DNA of 64,000 nt, from NCBI GenBank assembly GCA_965637545.1, contig OZ281495.1, positions 11,842,001 to 11,906,000 on the forward strand, given 5' to 3'. Below, piece by piece: positions 24,501-35,404 of this stretch (the stretch's first letter is position 1; each line of letters begins with the position of its first letter). Origin of the DNA: Phallusia mammillata (taxonomy: Eukaryota). Under the pieces are notes generated by a model. It was not told the DNA's origin. It made no database searches and saw nothing but the letters and a program-made list of their open reading frames with translations. A program made the position numbers and the translations under genes.

Positions 24501-27500
24501 TATGGCACCATCAGGAGTGTTGGATCCAAAACAAGACCTTGCAAACTTAATTGCAAAACAAAATAATGTTATGGCAAGTTGTCCCAGCAGTGATGATGAA
24601 GAAAAGGACATTCCTCCACTCATACAAGCAATCACAAGGTCAACTCTAAAACTTCACTTTTTAACTTTCTTCTGGTACCTGAAACTATTCAACAGTTTTT
24701 TTCCCTGTTAAACCCCACCCTCTTTGCCACGGGTGGTTAATTTTAGATCTCAACTTAACTGCTACCACCAACATCACATTTCTATATGTCACAGCCGGGC
24801 TATGGATGAAACTATAAACTTTGTATATATTATTGCTTTAGTAATCTACTTGTCTGGTTTGACAAATGTTCTCTGCCCAGTCCTAATTCTAAATGTGACA
24901 ATCTCATCCTCCTACTTGAATCCTGTCATTTAACACCTAGTAATGTATCCACCAATTGTGCCAATCAATATTTTTTGATTTATAATGTCCCACATTACAC
25001 AGCATTTTGGGGCTTGGTGATTATTGTTGCTTGAGTGCAATAGTTTTACCATGATTTCTTTTACCAAGCAAAAAAAAACTTAACTCATCTTACTATGGCA
25101 GTGGTTCCCAACCTTTGTTAACAACCTCATTACTTAACACCACAAAACATTTTTATTTTTCCCCACTAGACTACATAGTAGATGCTCAACCATGCAAAGT
25201 TGTTTAAAGTTGGGTCGTTTACCAACTTCATAGGTTATATTCCCAATGCTAAAGTGCCTTTTTACAAACCACATGATCTCGCTTGATTGGAAACCACTGT
25301 ACTATGGTCTTATTATTAATGGAATTTCTTAGGAATTAGAAATAAAACACAGCGCATTTGACAAGGTTTTGATTTTCACTATAGGAGAGAGGAACAGGAA
25401 GAAAAAGTAAAGAAATTACATCAGCAAGAAGCTGATCTTGATGAAAGAAAACGAATATTTGATGAGGAGGAAAATCGATCACTCCCAGAACCAATCTATC
25501 CACAACCACCTACTGTGCAAGTTAAACTGGTGAGAAAAGTGCCTGACATTTGTTGATAGACCAAAAGATTTGCATATGATTTTCTTTTAAATGCTTAAAA
25601 ATCTGAAACGTGTTCATTTTAGCCAAAACTTTTAATGTTTCAGCCTGGACATGTCAATCCTTTGGATCACAGTTCAATAACAATTAGAACATCGGATATA
25701 CACATTCCTGATAAAGTGGACTTGCCTACTGTTGCACTGGAAATGTATGGGCCACTATATAATGATCTCACAGGTAGATATCAAGTTTTCTTCAAAAAAT
25801 ATGTCGCAGTGATCAAGTACTTGCATTTAGGAATTCTTTGCATCATATATAGTGTGTTTCACCTAGCAAAGAGTTGAAAATTTGGATTGTGGCTGAAAAT
25901 CTTGTGTCATATTGTGAAGTAGGGACATTATATTCCCGTTTTTAATTTTTACCTTGTTTTTACCAGGTGAAATATCTCCTGCCACTGTAAAAGAATTAGA
26001 TGCTAATCTATTCCAAGGCGAAGAATTAAAGGAAGTTTACGATGAGATTATAAAAACCGTCCCAAATCTTCACCTGCGTATGGATAATGATCCCATGGTT
26101 CGTTGTATGTTTCGACTTGTCATCTGCTTCAGGATGGCTTTAGGATGCAGGTCAAATGCAGCCCATTAAATAGAAGTTGTGGGGCTCGCGGATACGTTTG
26201 GATTTTAAATGAAGTGTGGTCCGCTAAAAGATTTCAATGCAGTGCTAGCAAGCGACCAATGCGTCTATTTTGTATGCACCCTTCCGCAAAGGCCAAATCC
26301 TGAGAGAATACGTTGCCTTGACCATTAACTTAATTTAATCGGAAGATAGATCAAGTTTTTCGACAAAAAAAGTTTGTTTTTTGAAAATAATGCGTCGCTT
26401 TAACCATTAATTGACCCTGTCTATCAACCCCGAGATTAGGTTTAAGTATGCCGACGTAATAAGTTGTTTTTCATGTCAGGTGATAAAACCGACAGAGGAA
26501 GTGAATCTGAGTCAAGTTCTTGCATCAAGTTCTCTTGTTCGTCCTCGGTCTCAGCAAATTATTAATCCCGACCTCACAAAGTTCGGTCTTCGTCCACCCT
26601 GGGGAGAAGAGGTTAGAGTTGAATAAAATACTAGTTCTTACAAATAAATATCTAAAATTAAAATGATAATTCGTGTGGGTAATAACGGCAACATAGTTAA
26701 ATCGACCTTGCATGCTAATAAAAGGTTGAAATTTGGATTCCTGTAAACTTTTGCTTTTTAATATTCCAATGATTATTTAAAAAATTCGGATATCACGTAA
26801 TTTAACTATTTTTTGAATAAAACAGCGAAAGTTATGAATGTATGTAAATCGAACTTCTGACAGTGCATGTTTAATAAGGTCACATCAGTGCAACTAGTGA
26901 AAAGATGTTGACATAATAGGCTAGTCATCTAGTGTAATGACATTAACTTCCAGTTTGTTGGGAGTATTACGCGAAAAAGCCACCCCCCACCAAACCGTTT
27001 GATGTCTCAAATGGGCCTAAATACACAAACACTGGAACAACAATAGCCAAATGCCTGCTCTGGAACGCGTGGTCGGCCAAATGTTACTAAATTACTAAAG
27101 CATTGAACCATTGCTTGATAATTATTCATCGTTCTGTAATGACACGATGCTGTAATACTTGTCAACCTAATAATATATATCAACCCGTGCATTTTTGTTG
27201 CAGGACCAGACAGTTTGGGAAAAGAAGGACCGACCTGCACTTTCAGCACGGGAATCTGCATCAACCCGAAGTCGTTTACCTTCACATTTCGCTTCAGCGG
27301 AGAAACCGTCCAGAGCTTACGCATCTTGGCTCGCTTGGTGGAAGGCTACCATCACCACAGACGATTACCTCAAATTTCTCTCCACACAGGTACTAAGGTT
27401 TGAAGTAAAGTTACCGACTAAATTCACAGGACTAAGTTCAAATGATTCGACACTTTTCAAATGCGACAAGTTGTTAGACAAGAATCCAAAGATTTATGTA

Positions 27501-30500
27501 GAGTTGTAAGGGGGATACAGAAAGCACAAAGCCTGAAACCTCGCTCGTATAAAAACTCGTATTTTTTAAATAATAAAGCGTTCCGTTAGGCCCGAATAAA
27601 GTCAGTTTTACACAGACTTAAAGCCAAAAACCGACCCGAATTACAATTCTGTGTTGTTATGCTAAACTATAAACTAAAATGTGGCTGTTTTATTAAAAAA
27701 CACGATGTGCAAGGAATCAAACTTCTATGTTGTATGCGATTTTTGTGCAGGAGACAGATTTTCTTGGTGTTATTTTTCACTTCTACGACAGTGAAGCGAG
27801 CGAGTCAATTGCAGATTCCGAATCAAAACATGCAAAGTTGGAAGAGGAAAGGTGAGTAAATCAGACGTTTTTTTACTTTCATTTGTTTGCTATGTTTATT
27901 TCCTTGCAGTGTTTTACTAGTGGTTTACGTAAAATAATTCTAAAATCGCAACCCTCCAAAAAGAGTTTCTGTATTTTTTTAAGGGTTCTTGACTCTGCAT
28001 CTATTTAGTTTTAAGGTTCTGCAAGTTTCCAGACCGTGTCCACTTCATAAATCGATTCAAAAACATATGTTTCCAAGGCCTTGTTACGGATGTCCGTACA
28101 TTTACCACTCTATGTATTTTCAGGAAAAGGGAGAAACTTCTCGGAGAAATTAAAGCAAAGAAGGAACATTTTATTCGCGGAGTATGGAACGCCAACTCTG
28201 TTCTGCTTGGCGGGTTGGGCAAATACCCGGATTTGCAAGGTAGATAAATGAGTGTTTGAAACAGGCCATGGAGATTGCATAGGACGTCGAAACGTCGATT
28301 CTTTGCAATAAAACTGCTGGATGAGCAATACTTGGTTATACATGAAGATTAAGGTTGAACAGTGAAATCAGTAATAACGACTGTATTTTCTGCTGTTGCT
28401 TTGAATCTTAGATATAAGTATACAGCAGCATTTGATAAGGTTCATCTTTGTAGAATACGAGGAAGCTACGAAGGCAGAGGAAGAAGAAGAGGATATGGGC
28501 GCGGGGGACGGAGAACACTCACGTCCCGATGCTTTCCTCTTGTCACCCAGGGACTTTCCAAACTCTGTATCAGCTTCTGACGACAGGTTTGCGATTTGCG
28601 GTTCGACAGCGGCCATTGCAATTTGGCAGAGAGAACCTAGTTTTTATACGACTAAACCTGACTAAAATTTATTTTGGGTTTATAAATGTTGTTTAGTTTC
28701 TTCAAACTTAGTATTTTATTTTTTACATATTGAGCTAATGAGTTGAATCAAGTAATTAAGATCATGTCATCTAAAGATCGCGGAACTACATTTGACGTCA
28801 TATCAATGTCCAGTAAATCGGACATTTTTTAAACCATTGCCCAATTTAAATAGGTAAATTAGCGTTACAAAAGTTACACCAAACAAAACAATGACATGCG
28901 TCGAATTCTTATGCCAGATTTTTTTTTTATCCAAGTGTTTAAAATTAAAACCTGTGAACTACTTCCGTACAGTGTCGGAAGCGAATCAAGCTTTCAACCT
29001 GAAACTTCTCCGCGTCGTAAGTCGGCCTCGCCTCGTCGGCGCCATCGGCCGATTATAACGATACCGAGCACATCTTCCGAGTCAACAGATGAACAGGGCA
29101 CTTCCTCTGCTAGCCAAACAGCCACGAGTGATGAAATTTCTTCAGGACAGGTCGAGGTCCCTGTAGTGTCAGGCATGAGAAAGCTTGTTGATGTCCCAAC
29201 GTACAAGGACAGTGGGCTAAGCAGTGTTGGAACCGACACCGATATAGTCGAGAGTGGTTTGAATAGAGATGTAAGAGTGTCCCACGACGAGCGTTCTTCA
29301 GGTGAAGCATGGTTGTCTGTCGTATTAGCTCGGTTTGTTTGGTATTTGCACGTTATTTGTATCAAACCCCAAGGGCAAGAAAATTCAAAACAGAGTATTC
29401 AGACAATGTTAGTTGTTAACCCAAGCCTGATTTAGGATTTCAGGTCTGATAAAAATGCACTATGTGATATAAGCTGTAGCCTGCAGGCCTGGCTTTTTAC
29501 AAGGCAGTTACAGAAGTAGAGTGTTACAGATGTTCATATTCAGAAAAAATATTTTTTGAATTTTTGACTGGAAGCAAATTAGTTTGCACACTTTCGCAAA
29601 TTAGCTATGCAGTTTTAAGACGTAAGTGGAATTGTTTTCGGCAGGTTACGTTTCAAAGGACGAAGTAGCTGCTTTTATGAAAAACATACGGATTACCAAG
29701 CACAGGAAGAGCGTCGCACCGCGAAGGACGAGTAGGCAAGGTGGCAAAATGCATTATATAGCTCTCTGTATGAAATAAAATAACTGCACATAATAAGGTT
29801 TAGAAGCAAGTTTTAGAAGTTTAGAGATACATTTTGTTGGTCAGCTTCCATTTTGCCGAAACAGAACGCAGTCACAACTGTAGTATACAAAGCTGAGTGG
29901 GTCCCAACCAAACCAGCGAAAACCCCGATCAACCTTCTAAAGGGATTTTACAAGTAGGTTGTATATTCGAGCAAGAAATATGTATTTGGTGGTGTTATTC
30001 ACAGGCAGTTTATCTCATGTAAATTTCTCGCCGAATCGGTTAAGGTAAAAGGTTAGTTTGCAGAAAAATGAATTAAAGTTAGTGTACAATGTGTAGCGCC
30101 TGAATGCGCTATGTTGGTAACCTCAATTTAGTCCAGCCCATAAGTTTCAACTGGGTTGGCAGCTTTGGGGCAATGCCGCTCAAGTCTCTTGTTCAAGAAA
30201 CGACAAGCGGTCGAGACAGGATTAGAACCCGAAACCTTGCGAACATAAAGCGGTTGCCCTAACTCTGTCATCTTAGAGATTTGATATTGTAACTTGCACG
30301 AGTCTTTGAACACTTTCTTTTCAATTGAAATCACCATTGGCAGGTCAACAAGTCAAGCTTTCTCTCCAACGTTAAAGAGCCAGTCTCAGCCTGATAAATC
30401 CACCGTTGCGACATCTGAAGGACAATCTCAGCCACCTCAACAGCCGCTTCAATCCCGCCTGGAGACAGTGTGGAAAAAACTGAGGATGTCAGGAGGCCAA

Positions 30501-32725
30501 AAACTGGACGCAGCTCTCAAGTACAGCTCAGATCAATATTTGCCCCTGCTTGAAGCGGTAAGCAATAATTTTGTAGATAAGCATACTGTCAATTTGAAAC
30601 TTGAAGAGCTGTCAAGCTTTAACCTTAAAACAGGCAGGACGAAGTATTCTATGTGGAATAATATTGGTTTACTTTACGATTGATTAGTGTCAGTCAATAA
30701 CCTTTCAACGGTACATGAGAGTCTCCCTTTGAACAGTTCAAATCATGATTTCTACATTCCTTTTGCATACATATATTATGTGAGTTATATATTACTCATC
30801 TAAGCCGTACGGAGACATTACTACGGAATTGTGTGACATATATTAGGCATCGTCTTTGATATGTTTACTACTGTTCCATGAATTACCCAAAGGGGTAAAA
30901 ATTAAACTGTGCCTAGCCAATTGAAGTGTTTAAGTTTAAATATGTTATGTTTGGCAGAGTGTTACCGCGTGGGAGCGAGTAACCGAGTTGATTTTAAAAC
31001 GAGAGAAAACCCTCCATGACCTGGAAACATTTGAACGCGATGCTTCGGATCCGACAAGGTTTTTTCAGAGAGGTAAGAAAAATGTTTGTAACGTTTATTT
31101 GCATGTTTTTCATTCAGATAAAGATCGAGTAATATGTAAATAAGCCAATGGTTTAAAATGCGTTTCTTTAATAACGTCATTGTGTAATGACGTTGTTCTA
31201 TTATCACTCTTTCCATGAAATTTTTTTGACCAAATAAAAGATATTGAACCAAGCGACGCCTTTCGGTCATGATTTAAAACATATTTTTTCAAAAAAAATG
31301 TATTTATCGCCAAAGCGATTTGCTCGATATTCATGCATTTCGAGTAGTATCATTTCTAAAATCCGTTTTAGACTAGATGTTTAGACTTTTCAGCCTGTTG
31401 CTCCTGACAAACTGGAGTGCCGTAGGGTGACACTAGCTTATATGGTCAAGCTCTTGTCACCAGGTGAACGGACAGGGGGAAGGAACTTAGCCGCGCCTGA
31501 CCCATATACAGATATAAAAAAATAACTTGATCGGCATTCGTCCCCGGGAGTGTCCTGGGTCCAAACCCCGTGAAAAAAAGGTGCACGGACAGGACCTTGC
31601 AGGTCGAAACAGTGTCAACTGTTTGCTGTTTTAATTCTGGTTTAAAAGATTGGCGGTTGCTTTAAAAGTAAACACGTTATTGGGTTGGGGCGTAAATTGG
31701 GAATGAGGCTAGTTGTTTACATGAAAACTACTTGCTTACCACTGACGCTTTTTGAAACCAAGACTGTTAAATGTAACACAGGGTCACGTGGCTCCTCGTC
31801 AACCAGACTTCGAGAGGCGAAATCTCGATCTCGTTTGTATCAGCGACTCGAGGGATATGAGAAAATTATTTCGGGAATGCTTCAATCCGTCCACGCCCAA
31901 TTCAACGACGTCATCACGTTTGGTGGACGCGCCTATCAAGACAAAATGGCATGGGATAAGTAAGTACTGTGCAGTCAGGACTAGACCTAAGTAAAAGTGT
32001 CTGAATTAGCTTATTGCTACTAAGTGAAATAAAAGTGTACCACGAAATATTTATTTTTGCAGAAGAATTAGGTTGCAAGATTCCTGTTGTCTAATAAACA
32101 TTGTTGATGCATTGTCATTTTTTAACCTTTGATTGTCAGTTGTTGGCAAACAAATTCGGAACCACTTGTTTAAAAACCGGGTTTCAGTAGAATAATGTTG
32201 TAAATGTGAAATGAAATCCATGAGCTTATTGTCACGTAACAGAACGAAAAATATTAGGTTGCAATGTTTCTGTTTTTCAAGAAAGTTTGCTTGTGTGTCC
32301 ACACTTTGTTGCTTTCGATTGTCAGTTTTTGTCATAAATAATCATAATCACTTATTTATTAACCTGGTTTCTGGATGAAGATGTTGCAGCAAAAACGTAG
32401 ATGTCGAATGTGACACTTGTAATGTCACGTAACAAAACGGAAAGGTTTAGACTACATTAAAAAGATTCCGGATATATTGACATTTTCTTAACCGTTGGTT
32501 GTCACGTTTTCTCAAAAACATTTCATAACCACCTATTTTACACCCGGTTTCAGGATAGAGATGTTATACTGGCTGCAGCAGGAACGTAGATGTCAAATGT
32601 TGTCTGACCACGGTTACCCGCAACAACTTCGGCAATTCATTCACGAAAACAACACGTCAGCAGCAGTTAAACCAATAACAAGAGTGCCTGCTCCAGTGCC
32701 AATCAACAACGTAACTATCGACTAA
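21528..32725 (+). CDS. CCDC87: Coiled-coil domain-containing protein 87-like; more than 20 exons (first coding exon 21528-21704, last ~32554-32725)
   Basis: N-terminal VILGEVNAVW..EDPFLTDRQNKELQRR..CEQLFLYY..RGIFSEAANLSR, central WWKATITTDDYLKFLSTQETDFLGVIFHFYD, and C-terminal LETVWKKL..LDAALKYS..AWERV..LETFERDASDPTRFF..GRAYQDKMAWDKIEMLYWLQQERR match CCDC87 as recalled. A few central exons were not fully traced. Confidence 0.8.
27499..27650. mobile_element. Small degenerate MITE (AGAGTTGTAAG TIR family)
   Basis: AGAGTTGTAAG ... TTACAATTCT inverted ends; related to 57485-57770. Confidence 0.35.
30080..30275 (-). mobile_element. SINE 5' part with a tRNA-like head
   Basis: Reverse complement: TGACAGAGTTAGGGC (A-box-like), GGGTTCTAATCC (B-box-like), then TTGAACAAGAGACTTGAGCGGCATTGC..CCAACCCAG as in the other copies. 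Confidence 0.55.
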
Positions 32726-33119
32726 GAATTCGCACCAAGCATGTACCTACAGCCCAAGTAGCATGACAACCTGAGTAGCATTTTTTTCTATCTTGGACCA
32801 TTTTTGCGTCGAATAAATTCCGTCTATAGATTAGCGGTTTGATGTATAGCCTAAATAGGTTTGAGACCGCGTATTTTTTTTAAATTCAGTTCTAAATCGT
32901 TGCGAGCTTTTTGGATCACGGTCGAGTTCGAGTTTTTTAATTCAGTTCTAAAAAGTTTTACTATAATCTTGGCATCATTGGTGTCTTACTTTTGATAATT
33001 TGCAGGCTTCATTCGTGTTTGTATTGAAAAAGTTGTATTCAGGCCGGGTATTGGGCTTGGACTTTGGGGTGAACTAAAAAGTAAAGGAATACTGTAAACA
33101 GTTATGATGCGTTTCGCTG

Positions 33120-33480
33120 TCTATGTGACTAAATTTATTACAACATGCAGGAGTTGATGATATTGTCACTTGACAATATATGTGACTGAACGCAGTTGCA
33201 GTTCATGGCAGTTCTTATAATTTTGCCATCTAATTACTAAATGAGATTGGAAAATCTACATGCAGTTTGCAAATTGTGTATTTCATCGCTTCAATGCAAA
33301 TGGTGTTCATACAGTGTTATTGGCAACAATATCGTTAAGCTCTTTTTAGTACATTAATGGTTGGAATAACTTCCTCCATTCGTGGAAGGGGTAATTTATA
33401 TTACCTATCGGTGCTTTATTTGGTGTCAGTTACGTACATTTCCGTTGTGCAGGGGGGGTTCTATCTAAACACTTAATGAT
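33120..33480 (-). mobile_element. Possible highly degraded Gypsy-type reverse transcriptase fragment
   Basis: With one frameshift the minus strand reads PNKAPIGNINYP(L)PRMEEVIPTI, and about 214 nt downstream SSDNII (YxDD-like position). Many stops; weak. Confidence 0.3.
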
Positions 33481-33737
33481 CTGCCTACATCCGGATTTTC
33501 GCGAACAGTGACACACGCGCTGCATACAACAATACCTTAACTCAGCGCTCACGTTATAAACTTGCAGGACGGGAACTGCTGTTTAGCCATGCAGTAAGCT
33601 TGACTCGTTGAGCATATGCATTAGAACCATTTCAAATTATTAGCACAGATAAAGCAACTTAGGTAAAGTAGGCTAAGTCTAGAATTTCTTTGATTGGAAG
33701 TTCAGACATGGTTTTATACGCTCGGTATAGCCTATAG

Positions 33738-34157
33738 CAGTGGTTCCCAAACTTTTTCATATTTTTTTTCTAAACGGTCCCCATGCCATTATTTCAAGGG
33801 CTCGCGGTCCTTAAGCCTAAATGTGTATTTTATAAAAACGAAAGTTTATTGCAGGATTTTAGCTAGTTGTGCAAAATTGCGCATAATAATCATCCAAAGA
33901 CAGCATGTGACATCACAAACAGGACAAAAACATTACGATTGTGCGCGAACAATTGCATTTTTTTAGTTGTCATTCAATAAAGGCCATTGTTTAGCAATGG
34001 AGACAGTCGATTCTCAATTCTGCTTTGATTTAAACTTATTTAGTGGCACAAACTGACGCCAAATAAGATTATAGAATTACTTCAACCGCTTCGCGGTCCC
34101 CCCAAAATTGCCTCACGGACCCCTAAAGGACCGCGGACCCCAGTTTGGGAACCGCTG
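33738..34157 (+). mobile_element. hAT/Charlie MITE with a perfect 8-bp TSD
   Basis: TIRs CAGTGGTTCCCAAAC / GTTTGGGAACCGCTG; TSD GCCTATAG at 33730-33737 and 34158-34165; inverted sister copy at 60292-60705. Confidence 0.88.
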
Positions 34158-34397
34158 GCCTATAGCTTGTAAAAACGACCATGAATCGGTACATAGATAA
34201 TAGCAAAGTTTACATTGATTTAATTCTACCATACTGAAAGAAGATGCATACAATTACTCTGTTGCTTAATTTCCATTTTATGCAAATATTACAGGTTCTA
34301 ACATAATGAAACTTCATGTTTTGTTTAACATGTAACTCAGCGCTGACAAATGCTGCTAAAAATCGCTATTAAATAAATCACAAGGCAATCAAAAGTA

Positions 34398-35404
34398 ATG
34401 TATCTAGTCGGCACCGTTTTGCTAGCTACCACTGTAGCAGCCTCGTACCATATACAGAATCTCACCCAACAAAGCGGTAATGTGTTTTACACGTCAGTCC
34501 AGGATGACGTAATCTGGTCGTTCACTTGGGCTGAAAACAGAAGTGATGCATATCTGGTTCTTACTTCATTTACCTTTTTTGCGTTCAAATTCGGCGAAGG
34601 CTCGGTTGTTTTGCCGGACCGTAAGAATTTATTTTACTTTAACCCCTGTTTGTCAAATAAACAATGTAAATTGTTTCGATAGGTGTCGCTATCGCGCCCA
34701 ATTATTTCGCGTGGGGTACTGACTTGCCAGTTCATTGCGCGACTTATACCAAACCAAACTCCACCTGCAATGGCGACAATGATGACCTCAAGTTTAATTG
34801 TGACGTCCTTTCGAACATGATGTCAAGTACAGTTTGGCCACCAGCAATCAATTCAACATTGCGCAGGGCTGCTATCCAGTTTTCTTACTATTTTCACAAG
34901 TGTTCCAAACCAGAAACTTTTTCTGGTAGGTCTGGTTTTTTGTTGTTGTTGCTTATTATTTTTTTCATGAAACTTATTTTTATCAACATATTTTTTGTTA
35001 TGTATTTATTTTAGTCTGTTACAGCAAAAGAAAGCAAAGTTTGATTTAAGTTTCTTACAGTTTCGCCGTCTCAATCAAACAAAGTAGAAGAAAATGACAC
35101 TTCGCTTCTTTACGTGGTTGTGGCGTTGGCAGTTGGTAACCTTCTCTGGCTAACCTTGATCATATTTTGCGGGTATGTAACCACACTTCAAACAATCTTT
35201 TTAGTTTTTTTCACCACTTGTAATTTTAGATGTTGCCGAAAAAAGAAAAAGCAACCTCTTTCCGTGAATCCAATTGTAGAAGTGCGGACTACAACTGATG
35301 CTGCTACTCACAATATCTGTAACATAGTAGAGGACGCTTATGCATTTGCGGATAACGATGACAACTTAGAAAACAGTCAGGCTTACTTGACTGCTGCTCA
35401 CTGA
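34398..35404 (+). CDS. Orphan type I single-pass membrane protein, 250 aa; exons 34398-34620, 34683-34925, 35061-35172, 35230-35404
   Basis: Four exons join in phase (753 nt). Signal peptide MYLVGTVLLATTVAAS; ectodomain with 4 Cys and 5 N-x-S/T sequons; TM LLYVVVALAVGNLLWLTLIIFCG; stop-transfer CCRKKKK; tail with two Tyr. Confidence 0.75.

Noticed and set aside
28994-29365. Antisense ORFs (also 28368-28616, 24273-24635, 13218-13547, 3006-3535)
   Set aside because: They are shadows of real exons on the opposite strand with no independent support.
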